Below the pieces are notes generated by a model that saw only the letters and a list, made by a program, of their open reading frames with translations, had not been told where the DNA came from and ran no database searches. A DNA stretch of 64,000 nt from Spirochaetota bacterium (lineage in GTDB: Bacteria > Spirochaetota > UBA4802 > UBA5550). The stretch is taken from positions 11,538 to 75,537 of the forward strand of contig JBNKTL010000025.1 of assembly GCA_050298055.1 (NCBI GenBank), read 5' to 3'. Positions 29,411 to 39,728 of the stretch are shown here, piece after piece (position 1 is the first letter of the stretch; the number at the start of each line of letters is the position of its first letter). Position numbers and translations under genes: made by a program.

Positions 29411-31771
29411 GTGAAGCAGAAGAATAAAGCAGTTAAGGGAAAAGGAGCCGGTCCCGTTGTGATCAGGGGCAATGATGAAAAAGGCAGAAGGATAAACTCC
29501 AAGGAATTCGAGGAGATGGTCCAGGACGCAATCAAGTCGTCAAACAACCTTGTTCTTGAAACAAACGGTCAGCATAATGTGGGCGGAAGGCTGAGACATG
29601 AGAGCGGCGAGGTCACTCTCAGGGTAAAAGGCCCCGTGGGCCAGAGGCTGGGATGCATGGGCCAGCCGGGGACATCCATTATCTGCGAGGGGAACGCTTC
29701 CGATGATGTGGGATATCTCAACATCGGTGCCGATATTGTCGTTCTCGGGGACGCCACAAACGGTGTCTGCAACGCCACGGCCCAGGGAAAGACCATGATA
29801 GGAGGCTCAATCGGCGCCAGGGGCCTGACCATGACAAAGTGGAACCCCGACTATGAAAAGCCCGAGCTCTGGGTCCTGGGCTCCGTGGGGGATACCTTTG
29901 CCGAGTTTAACTGCGGCGGCATCGGGGTCATCTGCGGCGTTGATCCGAAAAAGCCGGAAAATGTCCTGGGCTACCGTCCCTGCGTGGGGATGGTGGGAGG
30001 CACCATCTATTATCGGGGAAAGACCGATGACTCCTATTCACGGAACGACGTCTATTACCGAAGGCCCGATGATGAACAGTGGGCCTGGCTTGAAGAGAAC
30101 ATGCCCGGTTTCCTCAAATCAATTGATAGAAAGGACCTCCTGAAAGAACTCACCGTGAGGGACCAGTGGCACATCCTTACCGCTATTCCTCCCCATGAGA
30201 AGTCCCTGATCCAGAGCGGGACCATGCCCATGGCGGAATTCAGAAACAAAATATGGGAACCTGCCTTCGGGGGAGACCCCCTCCGTGACCTCTCACCCGG
30301 CCTTGACAGGTCGCCCATCGGGTTTATTGTTTCCGGCGAACTGAGAAGAAAAAGACCCTACTGGGCAAACAGGGAGAGCGCGGCACCCTGTACATTCTAC
30401 TGTCCCACGCATATTCCCACCGTGGACAGGCTCAGGCTCATCAGGGAGGGAAAAACAGAGGAGGCCTACAGGCTGGTCCTGAACTATACCCCCTTCCCCG
30501 CGTCTGTTTGCGGCGCCGTCTGTCCTAATCCCTGTATACAGAACTGTTCGAGACAGGGTGTGGATGAAAGCATAGACATGTCCCTCCTGGGACGGGCAGC
30601 CCTTGACGCCCCCGCTCCCGAAACAAAGGAAGCTGTGGGGAAAAAGGTAGCCATTGTGGGCGGGGGTCCCGCGGGAATGAATGCCGCCTGGCAGCTGGCG
30701 CAGGAGGGGATAGAGGCCCATATCTTTGAAAAGGACAGCAAGCTGGGAGGGAAGCTGGCCCAGGTGATACCCTGGGAGAGGCTTCCCAAGGCCGCATGGG
30801 ACGCGGAGATCCAGAGGTTTCTCAATATGCCCAATATCCACGTAAACCTCAACGTCTCCATGACAAAGAAGAAGATGGCCGAGCTGAAGAAGGAGTTCGA
30901 CTATGTGATGGTTGCCGCCGGTGCCCATGAGCCCAGGAGGATTTCCTTCCCCGGCTCGGAGAAGGTGATCTCCGGCCTTGACTTCCTTATCGCGGCAAAG
31001 AGCGATTCCCCCATGAAGGTGGGGAAGCAGGCTATTGTTATCGGTGCGGGTAACGCCGGATGCGATGTTGCCTGCGAGGCCTACAGGCTGGGCGCGGAAG
31101 AGGTGACCCTGGTTGACATCCAGAAGCCCCTTGCCTTCGGAAAGGAGAAGGAGGCCGCGGAGGCCCTGGGTGCCAAATTCAGGTGGCCGGTTTCCACAAA
31201 GGAGGTGACCGATGAGGGGCTGGTCCTGGCCGACGGCGAGGTGATACCCGCCCAGACGGTGTTTATCTCCATCGGTGATATTCCCAAGGTTGATTTTCTC
31301 CCCGACTCGGTGGAGACAATCAGGGGCTGGGTCAAGACCGATGAGGCGGGAAGGACCACCGATGATAAAATTATCGCCATCGGTGACGTTGAGAGACCGG
31401 GTCTGGTGACAGACGCCCTGGGAAGCGGAAAGAACGCCGCTGAGTATCTCATCAGTGTTCTTAAAGGAACTGAGTGGAGACCCTTCAAACAACCGGTTGT
31501 GAACTACAGCGCCCTGACAATCGAACATTACTGCCCGGCTCCCTCTGAAGCGGGCGTCACGGAGCAGAAGGAAGCGGACAGGTGCCTGAGCTGCGGGTCG
31601 TGCCGGGACTGCCGTTTCTGTGAGACCATCTGTCCCACGGCGGCGATCTCACGGAGGGACCTGGAAACCGGCGGATACGAGTATGTTTCCGATGACGAGA
31701 AGTGCATTGCCTGCGGTTTCTGCGCGGACACCTGTCCCTGCGGGATCTGGGTCATGCAGCCTTATGAGTAG
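29411..31771 (+). CDS. gltD: Glutamate synthase GXGXG domain fused to a GltD-like FAD/NAD(P)H oxidoreductase and ferredoxin
   Basis: GQRLGCMG and other GXGXG repeats; PCTFYCP, CGAVCPNPC...C, GGGPAG, GAGNAG.D; C-terminal 4Fe-4S motifs. Confidence 0.88.
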   Translation: MKQKNKAVKGKGAGPVVIRGNDEKGRRINSKEFEEMVQDAIKSSNNLVLETNGQHNVGGRLRHESGEVTLRVKGPVGQRLGCMGQPGTSIICEGNASDDVGYLNIGADIVVLGDATNGVCNATAQGKTMIGGSIGARGLTMTKWNPDYEKPELWVLGSVGDTFAEFNCGGIGVICGVDPKKPENVLGYRPCVGMVGGTIYYRGKTDDSYSRNDVYYRRPDDEQWAWLEENMPGFLKSIDRKDLLKELTVRDQWHILTAIPPHEKSLIQSGTMPMAEFRNKIWEPAFGGDPLRDLSPGLDRSPIGFIVSGELRRKRPYWANRESAAPCTFYCPTHIPTVDRLRLIREGKTEEAYRLVLNYTPFPASVCGAVCPNPCIQNCSRQGVDESIDMSLLGRAALDAPAPETKEAVGKKVAIVGGGPAGMNAAWQLAQEGIEAHIFEKDSKLGGKLAQVIPWERLPKAAWDAEIQRFLNMPNIHVNLNVSMTKKKMAELKKEFDYVMVAAGAHEPRRISFPGSEKVISGLDFLIAAKSDSPMKVGKQAIVIGAGNAGCDVACEAYRLGAEEVTLVDIQKPLAFGKEKEAAEALGAKFRWPVSTKEVTDEGLVLADGEVIPAQTVFISIGDIPKVDFLPDSVETIRGWVKTDEAGRTTDDKIIAIGDVERPGLVTDALGSGKNAAEYLISVLKGTEWRPFKQPVVNYSALTIEHYCPAPSEAGVTEQKEADRCLSCGSCRDCRFCETICPTAAISRRDLETGGYEYVSDDEKCIACGFCADTCPCGIWVMQPYE

Positions 31772-31777
31772 ATTATT

Positions 31778-32353
31778 TCAAATATTCTGGCTCCATTTTG
31801 CCAATCTCATTATTCCTTTGATGAGAATATTGAAACTTTTTGATTTATTAGTTCCATCTGTCTTCAAATGAGGACCGATTTCCCTTGAGCCGGAGATTTT
31901 TTGATATTTATTTTTAGTAAGTCTATATAATTCTTCTGACGCATTAGACAAATTATCAGGATTTCTATACTTTGATTTTAATTGTTGTTTTGAGAGTCCA
32001 TTTATAGATAATCCTTTTTCAATAGCATCCAGGTCACCGAGGTAAAAACTTTCTAGCTCATGGCATGCGATTCGAACTAATGTTGAAGATTCTTTCCTGC
32101 TATTTTTTACTTTATCCAATAAATTATTTTTTATCGTTTTACAGTCCCCGGAATCTTGATCTCTCATTATCAGAAAGACTGAATTTGGTACTTGCCATAG
32201 TCTTAAACGTCGTTCTAATTGTTTTTCAAGGTTCTGTTTGCCTTCAAAAACGATAAACTTTGTCTGAATATCAGATGATATAATTTTTGGTAATATTCCT
32301 TTCAACATTTCTTTTGCTGAAGGTTCTTCTAAAAAAAAGATCATATTTTTCAT
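31778..32353 (-). CDS. DUF4276 family TOPRIM-like putative nuclease
   Basis: IFFLEEPS, IMRDQD, HELESFYLGD, YQKI.G, NKSKSF motifs. Confidence 0.8.
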   Translation of the reverse strand: MKNMIFFLEEPSAKEMLKGILPKIISSDIQTKFIVFEGKQNLEKQLERRLRLWQVPNSVFLIMRDQDSGDCKTIKNNLLDKVKNSRKESSTLVRIACHELESFYLGDLDAIEKGLSINGLSKQQLKSKYRNPDNLSNASEELYRLTKNKYQKISGSREIGPHLKTDGTNKSKSFNILIKGIMRLAKWSQNI

Positions 32354-33540
32354 TTGGGATCAACCTCGCCAAAGAATCCCTGTTTCCATAAATAACCCAT
32401 TTGGTCTCCCCCATCACTCATATAAGCAGCGATTTGTGGATCATCTTGAGCCCGTTTAATTCCTGTATAACCATTATCCTTTTCAAGCCAAAAGACTTCT
32501 TCAAGATTACATGCATTTAAAAAATCAGGAGAATGAGTTGAAACAAAAACTTGTCCTCCTCGACTTGAGTAAGAACGAAATTCTTCAGAAAGCTCCCAAA
32601 GTAATTGAGGATATAATTGGTTTTCTGGTTCTTCTACACATAATAACGGATGAGGTTGAGGGTCATAAAGTAGTGTGAGATATGCCAACATTTTTATTGT
32701 TCCATCAGATACATATCGGGCCAAGAATGGATCTTCAAATGAACCATCTTGGAATTTAAGTAGAACACGCCCTTCTTCAGTTGTTTTTGATTCTACATTT
32801 GATATTCCGGGGATACGTTTTTTTAATAGGCTTAAAATTTTATTAAAAATTTCTTTATGATGTTTATGAAGATATTCAATAACTAACGATAAATTTTCAC
32901 CTTCTCGTGATAAATGTTCAGCAAATCCTGCTTCTTGTTCAGGTCGTGCCTTACTAATATGAAAATCAGAAATATGCCAGTTCTCTATCAAGTTTCCAAG
33001 AGCCACTACTGCCGGAAAGCGTTCAAATTGGGCAAGGCCTTTAATTGCCAGTATATCATTTGATTTTAATGTTTGTTCTTCTCTTTTCAGGTCTTTCACA
33101 TCAGTCACAGATTCAACTTCATTTGTTACTGCCATTCCTTTACCATCTGAAAAATCAAGAAAATGCCATGGTTGCCCTCCACTTCCCCGTCTATATTTTA
33201 AAATCTCTCTGTGAACATATGCTCTTCCCTGTTGTTCATTAAGTTGTATAAAATATGTAATTAGTGGGCTATCTGATTTATCTCTGAATTTTATTTCTAT
33301 TTCAATCGGTCCTACAGATCCACGGCTGCGGACTTCATTGAAACCACGGCTTCCACCTAATTTCCCTAATGCTGTATTAACATTTCCCGTCATTGCTTCT
33401 CGCAAGAAACCAAATACAGAAAAAATTGTACTTTTACCACTACCATTTGCTCCAACGATAACACAAAATCCGGGTACATCTCTCATTTCGGCATCTTTGA
33501 ATGCCTTAAAATTTTTTAGATGAATAGATTCAATTTTCAT
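32350..33540 (-). CDS. ABC-type ATPase (AAA_21/AAA_15-like)
   Basis: I.LKNFKAF, Walker A GANGSGKS, signature VSDGT, Walker B VEEPE, STHSP; no permease genes nearby. Confidence 0.9.
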   Translation of the reverse strand: MKIESIHLKNFKAFKDAEMRDVPGFCVIVGANGSGKSTIFSVFGFLREAMTGNVNTALGKLGGSRGFNEVRSRGSVGPIEIEIKFRDKSDSPLITYFIQLNEQQGRAYVHREILKYRRGSGGQPWHFLDFSDGKGMAVTNEVESVTDVKDLKREEQTLKSNDILAIKGLAQFERFPAVVALGNLIENWHISDFHISKARPEQEAGFAEHLSREGENLSLVIEYLHKHHKEIFNKILSLLKKRIPGISNVESKTTEEGRVLLKFQDGSFEDPFLARYVSDGTIKMLAYLTLLYDPQPHPLLCVEEPENQLYPQLLWELSEEFRSYSSRGGQVFVSTHSPDFLNACNLEEVFWLEKDNGYTGIKRAQDDPQIAAYMSDGGDQMGYLWKQGFFGEVDPK

Positions 33541-33846
33541 TATTTTCTCCTTATAGGAAAACCATTCATTAGGAATAGTAAAATTAAGTTATTGGTCATA
33601 GGCAGAGAATCTCCTGTCAACAGAAAATTATTTTGCCTTAACTCTGCGTTTCTCCTTATAAACCAGTCACACGGGAACAGATTCTTCGTATCCGCACATA
33701 CCGCCAAAAAAAAGAAAATATCGTTAAATTATTGTAGACATCTATTCCGAAATATGCGATTTACTCTTTCATAGGTTTTATACTTCCGGTGTGAGAAAAA
33801 TCAGCTTCAGTGTTTGAAAATGGATAATCCCAATGAGGAGAATATT

Positions 33847-34263
33847 GTGACTGATCCAGAGAGTATTATTGAAAAAAACCAGGTGCTTAAAGAGCTCATG
33901 GGTATCCTTGAAGAAGTTCTGTCCATTCTTCCCTATGAAGTATATAGTATTCACCACAGGGTTAACTCAAGCAAAAACAATTTCGTTCTCGGGATCGGCG
34001 GTGTGGAAGATATCAGGGACATCGGTGATCTCTTTATGAGCATGCAGCTGGGTGAAGGGGCCGACCATACAAAACCCGGCGCTTCGTTTTATATAAGGCG
34101 CAACAGGGAGAATGAAATACTGGACTCAAGCCATGATATTGACAGGATCAGAGGCATCTTTAAAAAGTTTGATATCAGTGACAAGAATTACACAATAAAC
34201 TTTGATACGTATCTCGGTAATATTTCAATTATCCTGGATGCGGATGTTCTGAACTTCTCCTGA
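33847..34263 (+). CDS. Hypothetical protein
   Basis: GAGGAG at 33835-33840 favours GTG at 33847 (ORF track gives 33814). Confidence 0.6.
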   Translation: MTDPESIIEKNQVLKELMGILEEVLSILPYEVYSIHHRVNSSKNNFVLGIGGVEDIRDIGDLFMSMQLGEGADHTKPGASFYIRRNRENEILDSSHDIDRIRGIFKKFDISDKNYTINFDTYLGNISIILDADVLNFS

Positions 34264-34414
34264 AAAAGGCATCCCGATATTTAAAAATTCATTTCAATGA
34301 CCGGCCGCATGCAGAAGATTTTCTGAACTGCATGTTTAAATAAAACCTTGATATAATTCCCCTCATAATAATAATTAATCTGAAAATGGAAGAATATTAA
34401 TACCGGAGAGAAAT

Positions 34415-35461
34415 ATGCGGAAAGTCATTTTTGTTTTATTCAGTTTATTATTTATCAGCTGTACGGAAACCATTCACCAGCAGATCAGAATGGGAGAAAT
34501 TGAAAAGATCAATAATTATATTAAAGAGGGGAAGGACCTCAATAAAAAAAGTGAAATTACTGATTTTACAAGAAAATCGATCTGGGACCATGGCCTGTAC
34601 AAAGGTGACAGCCTCCTGAGAGTCGCCATCCGGACAAATAAATATGAAATTGTAAAAATGCTCATTGATGCCGGTGCGGATTATAAAGAAAGGGCCCGCG
34701 GCAGTAATGAAAACTTTCTGGCTTTTGCGCATTATAAACGGGACCCGCGGATTATTAAACTGCTGATTGACAAAGGTCTTGATGTCAACGCCCGGGACAG
34801 GTTAGGGCACACGCCGCTTCTCAGCCACATACAGAGCAATAATGCCGCATGCGTTGAACTTCTCGTTAAGGCGGGGGTCAGGGTCAATTTAAAGGACTGG
34901 AAAGGCTGGCCCTATTTCGCCAGGGCGGCTTTAAACAGAAACGGAGTAAATGTAATGAAAATCCTTCTTGCCGCCGGGGCAAAAATTGATGCCGCCAATA
35001 AAATAGGAGAACAGGCAATACACTGGTCGGGGATGAAGGAAACACTTTTTCTTATCAGTAAAGGAGCAAAGGTCGACGCGGAAGACGCTTTTGGCCGGAC
35101 ACCCCTGCATCACAGGGCCGATGATGTCAACTCAAAGGATTATTTAAATATGATCAACCTGTTGCTTGACAAGGGAACCAATGTGAACCACAGGGACAAA
35201 GAGGGGGCGACCCCCCTTCATGTTGCGGCGGCAAAAGGAAATGTGAAAGGGATCAGCCTGCTTCTTAAAAGAGGAGCAAATGTTAACGCGCAGAATATCA
35301 ATGGTAATACGCCGCTCCACATTGCCTATTTTTCTAAAAGGCCGTCTTCGATAAAATCTGTGCTTATTCTCGGAGGAGCGGACCAGTCCATTAAAAACAA
35401 AAATGGGAGAACCCCCAAGGAGATAATAAAATTATTACGAAGAAGATATTATAGAAGGTAA
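34415..35461 (+). CDS. Ankyrin repeat lipoprotein
   Basis: Lipobox LFISC; repeated G.TPLH...LL..GA.VN units. Confidence 0.9.
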   Translation: MRKVIFVLFSLLFISCTETIHQQIRMGEIEKINNYIKEGKDLNKKSEITDFTRKSIWDHGLYKGDSLLRVAIRTNKYEIVKMLIDAGADYKERARGSNENFLAFAHYKRDPRIIKLLIDKGLDVNARDRLGHTPLLSHIQSNNAACVELLVKAGVRVNLKDWKGWPYFARAALNRNGVNVMKILLAAGAKIDAANKIGEQAIHWSGMKETLFLISKGAKVDAEDAFGRTPLHHRADDVNSKDYLNMINLLLDKGTNVNHRDKEGATPLHVAAAKGNVKGISLLLKRGANVNAQNINGNTPLHIAYFSKRPSSIKSVLILGGADQSIKNKNGRTPKEIIKLLRRRYYRR

Positions 35462-35482
35462 AAACCATAGTGGGAACCGGTT

Positions 35483-36820
35483 TTATTCTGCTCCGGCCTT
35501 AACCAGCAGGGAGCGGATCTCCTGTATCTTTTTTTTCTCTTTTTCATCATAGATCCCGGAACTGGTTCCAATATGATCCACAAGTCCCAGGGGTGAATAA
35601 ACTTTCCCGTAGAGGCCGGGGGTGCTTCCCGGGAGGTTCGGGTTGGCACCATTCTTTAAAAGCAGCCTGACCATTTCCGGAGATCTTTTTAAGACGGATA
35701 CAATAAGGGGTGTCCTCTGAAATTTATCTTTTACATCGGGACGGGCACCTTTTTCTATAAGAAGTCTCATGACTTTGAGATTGGATGCGGTGGCGGCCTC
35801 AACCAGAGGTTTTGCCTCCTCTTCCGGGAGTCCGCCGGGGGGTAATCCCCGTTCCATAATAAATTTTACAAGCTCATATGCCCGGGGATGGGGGCGAAAA
35901 TTGTCCTCCATGCGGGCAGCAATGCTCAGGATCGACTCCCCGTACATGTTGATGGTCCTTAAATTCACTTTATGCCCCATGAGCAGTTTAAAAATATCCG
36001 GATGCTCTCTGGCGGAATAGAGAACATTGTTTCCCTCCCCGGTGAGGATATGGGGATCGGCCCCTTTTTCCAGGAGAAACTCCACTGTTTTTCTGTCCCC
36101 TTTTTCCGCGGCCAGCATGAGGGGGGTGCGGGGTTTGAAGTCCATCCCCATGAGATTTATATCCGCCCCCGACTCAACAAGAAATTTTGTGGCTTCAAAA
36201 TGACCGCCGGTGACGGCCAGGTGGAGAGGGGCCAGGGACTTGTTGGTCTTCCTGTTTATCAGCTCCCTGTTGTCCCGGATGAGGGTTCTTAAGCTGTTCA
36301 GGTCACCGTCCCGTGCCGCCTCATGAACTGGGAAAAATTTTTCTTTCGGGTCAGGCCGGCCATTGGGACTCCAGGCCGGGACTCTTATATAGTCATTGGA
36401 AATTACCAGAAAGAGGCACACAAAAGAGACAGGAATACTTAAAAGAAAGGGGCTCTTTATTGCTTGAGTGCTGAGAAAAGAGAGCCCCCCGTAAAGGAGC
36501 AAAAAGAGGATAACCAGGGAAGGAAAAAAGGTCAGTGCGTGAAGCAGCCTGTCAGAATCGGCGATCTCTCCGGGAAAATTGTGGAAGTATATGGTCAACC
36601 GGGAATCCAGGAACCGCTCCCTGTATCCTGAAAGGGAATATTCAAAGATCTCAATGATGATACCTGCAAGGATAAAAAGGCCGATTATCCAGAACCGGCC
36701 GCTTTTCCCGGAAAGCATCTGAAAGGAGATAAGGATGCCTGCCAGGGGGATGATCACCGCAGGTCTCAGGATAAATTTAACTGCGGTTAAAAAAAACACA
36801 GCGACGATATAATCAATCAT
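35483..36820 (-). CDS. Membrane-anchored ankyrin repeat protein
   Basis: Hydrophobic N-terminal helices followed by TPL..A...LL..GA repeats. Confidence 0.88.
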   Translation of the reverse strand: MIDYIVAVFFLTAVKFILRPAVIIPLAGILISFQMLSGKSGRFWIIGLFILAGIIIEIFEYSLSGYRERFLDSRLTIYFHNFPGEIADSDRLLHALTFFPSLVILFLLLYGGLSFLSTQAIKSPFLLSIPVSFVCLFLVISNDYIRVPAWSPNGRPDPKEKFFPVHEAARDGDLNSLRTLIRDNRELINRKTNKSLAPLHLAVTGGHFEATKFLVESGADINLMGMDFKPRTPLMLAAEKGDRKTVEFLLEKGADPHILTGEGNNVLYSAREHPDIFKLLMGHKVNLRTINMYGESILSIAARMEDNFRPHPRAYELVKFIMERGLPPGGLPEEEAKPLVEAATASNLKVMRLLIEKGARPDVKDKFQRTPLIVSVLKRSPEMVRLLLKNGANPNLPGSTPGLYGKVYSPLGLVDHIGTSSGIYDEKEKKKIQEIRSLLVKAGAE

Positions 36821-37084
36821 GGGGACCTCAATATTCTTTTTTCTTTCCCGGGTGAAAGACTTTTTTCATAATTACAGGGTACTCTGAGAATGCAATGAAT
36901 TTTAGTAACGACTTTTCCGTATGTCTAAAAAATAAACATTTAATGAAATAACAGCCATGTGTCCTCACTGCGGTGGATGCTGAGCAGCAGGGAATTTTAA
37001 TTATTTGTTGCTGAAATACTCATGAAATGTTATTAACGGATATTAAATGTGCTTCAAAGAGAATTTTGAAGGTGGTTTATCTAA

Positions 37085-37969
37085 ATGGATAATCATATGA
37101 AAACAAAAGATATACGTGTTGAGTGTTCTGAAAAGAGTGTAAAAATAAACGGTACAGAAATTTCATTCCCTCTGCACATGAACACCCTTGTTAAGCTCTT
37201 CGGGGACCCTTCCCTGATGCAGCATGACCTTCTCTGGAACGTGGCATGGGATGATTACGGAATCTGGACCGACTATGGAACAGCGGACAATATCCTCAAT
37301 ATTAACTTTCTCATTAAAGAAACGGACCGGTTCACCTATCTGCCCCAAAAACTTTTCCCGGGCAGTTTTCTTATTAATGGCAGGGACTTCTCCGAGCTGG
37401 AAGAAGATGAATGTTTCCTCAAAAAGAACCATGCGCGAAAGATACGGTACAGGGGCGAGGGTGAAGTCCTGGGATTTGCCCTTGGGCAGAACTTCGATTA
37501 CAAAGAAGATATCCCTCCGGACAAATACCGTATTGAAAAAGAATCCGGGGAGGTTATTCTCTTTAAGGATTTTAATTTTAAACTGGCGGTGATACAGGTG
37601 CTGATGTATGAGAAGGAGCTCCTGAAGCCGAAATTTGACCTCTCTGAGTTTGTCAAGTGGTATGATAAGCGGAAGATCGATCCGGATAAGGAGGGTTATG
37701 AGTTGATCCCCGAGGTGACCCAATACTTCAAAGATCTGCCCATCCCCAAAAAACTGGCAGGTGAAATTACCGAAATTTACCAGGACGGAGGGGATGAGAT
37801 CTATCTCAATATGCTTCCCGGTGGTTCCGGGTCGGAGGATTATTTTGATATCCGGACCGCAGAAGATGCCGGGCACTTTCCCCGTCTGAAAAAAGCCACG
37901 ATCTGTTATGCGAAAGAAAACGTGATTGACGAGTTGAAAGAGATGGGCATTGAAGCCGAATGGCTGTAA
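37085..37969 (+). CDS. Hypothetical protein with a DUF6892-like C-terminal domain
   Basis: FKDFNFKLAVIQVLMY...I.EV..YF....I......EI.QDGG.EIY pattern recalled for DUF6892; not verified. Confidence 0.6.
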   Translation: MDNHMKTKDIRVECSEKSVKINGTEISFPLHMNTLVKLFGDPSLMQHDLLWNVAWDDYGIWTDYGTADNILNINFLIKETDRFTYLPQKLFPGSFLINGRDFSELEEDECFLKKNHARKIRYRGEGEVLGFALGQNFDYKEDIPPDKYRIEKESGEVILFKDFNFKLAVIQVLMYEKELLKPKFDLSEFVKWYDKRKIDPDKEGYELIPEVTQYFKDLPIPKKLAGEITEIYQDGGDEIYLNMLPGGSGSEDYFDIRTAEDAGHFPRLKKATICYAKENVIDELKEMGIEAEWL

Positions 37970-37981
37970 GAGAGGGGAATT

Positions 37982-39091
37982 TTGGAGAATCTATCTGTCA
38001 GCATTGAGCCCTTTCGGCTTTTCATATTGATGATAACCCTTCATGGTTTTCTCCTTTCGGCCCTTATGGCAACAGGCCAGCTTCTCATTAACAGAAGATC
38101 ACCTGTCAATATTCTCTACTTCGGACTTTTTATCAATTTTTCACTTTTTGAAATTGATATTCTTTTTTTTGAAACGGGGCTGATCAATAAATACCGTTTG
38201 TTTTATCAGCCCTCAATTCCCGGGTTATATTTACTCGGTCCTCTCCTCTACCTGCTTGCTCAAACTTCCTTTCATAAGGGATTCGGGCTGCGGAAAGATC
38301 ATCTTGTTCATTTTATTCCCCTGATTGTCTCCCTGGGGGTAATGATTATCGGGACCAATCTCTTCCCTCCCCAAAAGACCGTCTTTTTACCCGGATACTT
38401 TTATAACTCCCTTACCATGGCTGCCGGGATGGGCGGGTCCCTTACTCTTTTTATCTACCTGGTCCTGATCTGGCGCATGATTATTTCAAGCGCTTTGTGG
38501 AACAGAGAGCTTTTAAAAAAAGAACCCGTCTCACGTATAACTTTTTTCCTTTTTCTCATGGTCTCCCTGTCATGGATCACCGATTTTCTTTCGGTTATTT
38601 ATAACGATCTCTGTTATATCGAAATATCAATGACATTGCTGACTTTTATCATTATCTTTTTATTCCTGGTGAATTTCATCTATCCCGATTTTTACCGGAG
38701 ACTGCACAGGGTCGTTGAAGAGGAAAAGGAGAGAAGATCTTACCTTGCGGGCCTTGACCTGGATTCCCTGGGTCAAAGATTGAGTACCGCAATGACCGGG
38801 GATGAACTCTTCACCCGTGAGGATATCACTCTTAATACCCTGGCAGAGATCCTGGGTATTACACCTCACCAGCTTTCGGAATTTATCAACAACAGGTTTC
38901 AGAAGAACTTTACAACATATATAAATGAATTCCGGATCAATAAGGCAAAAGACCTCCTCCGGAAGGATCACAGGGCGGCCATCCTTGCGGTTGCCTATGA
39001 AGTGGGATTTAAATCAAAATCCCGGTTTAACGCGGTGTTTTTAAAACACACGGGAGAGACCCCCTCACGGTTCAGGAAGAGGAAAGGATAA
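37982..39091 (+). CDS. Membrane-bound AraC family transcriptional regulator
   Basis: Multiple TM helices, then LAEILGITPHQLSEFIN...VAYEVGFKSKSRFNAVF.K.TG.TPS.FR. Confidence 0.92.
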   Translation: MENLSVSIEPFRLFILMITLHGFLLSALMATGQLLINRRSPVNILYFGLFINFSLFEIDILFFETGLINKYRLFYQPSIPGLYLLGPLLYLLAQTSFHKGFGLRKDHLVHFIPLIVSLGVMIIGTNLFPPQKTVFLPGYFYNSLTMAAGMGGSLTLFIYLVLIWRMIISSALWNRELLKKEPVSRITFFLFLMVSLSWITDFLSVIYNDLCYIEISMTLLTFIIIFLFLVNFIYPDFYRRLHRVVEEEKERRSYLAGLDLDSLGQRLSTAMTGDELFTREDITLNTLAEILGITPHQLSEFINNRFQKNFTTYINEFRINKAKDLLRKDHRAAILAVAYEVGFKSKSRFNAVFLKHTGETPSRFRKRKG

Positions 39092-39434
39092 TTATTCTCT
39101 CCGGCGAGCCTCACACACATTCATTTTTCCGAAATGTATCAAGCCCTCTCTGCCTTCCCGGCAATACTTTGCGGGAAAACTTTATGATCCAAAAAAAATT
39201 GTCCCATGTTATAACAGGGGTCGATCTTGTTTTCGGTTTCGTGTAATTTATCGGTACTGGTTTTTTAAAGATCAGCAAAAGAGGCAAGAAAGTTCCGGGT
39301 TTCAAGTTCCAAGTTAATGACAATCCCGGAACCCGAAACGTGTAACTTTTAACTAAAAATGCCTTTATGACAGGTCAAAAATTTTTGGTACAATAATTTA
39401 TTATTAAAATATAATGTAAAAAAGGAGGTTTCAG

Positions 39435-39728
39435 ATGGAACTGAAAATCAAATACTTCGGAATGACCTGCAGTGTTTTCTGGGGGCTGGCCGTCTTTACC
39501 ACCACCTGGTGGCTCATTGCCAGGGGGCTCTATCTCAATGAGATGACATTCCTGGGAGCAATTTATCCCTACTACTCCGTATCACCCCTGGGAAGTCTCA
39601 TCGGTCTTGTTTACGGTTTAGCCGACGGCTTTTTTGCGGGAGTGATCTTCGCCTGGTTTTACAATCTCCTGGTAAAAAAGGGAAAGAACAGATCAGAGGA
39701 AAAAGGAGAGAACCATGAACAGCGTTAA
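39435..39728 (+). CDS. Small two-TM membrane protein (family often labelled holin-like)
   Basis: WGLAVF..TWW...YPYYSVSPLGSLIGLVYGLADG...FAWFYN; strong AGGAGG RBS. Confidence 0.7.
   Translation: MELKIKYFGMTCSVFWGLAVFTTTWWLIARGLYLNEMTFLGAIYPYYSVSPLGSLIGLVYGLADGFFAGVIFAWFYNLLVKKGKNRSEEKGENHEQR

Noticed and set aside
39435..39728. Prophage suggested by the holin-like gene
   Set aside because: No endolysin, structural, integrase or replication genes in the window.
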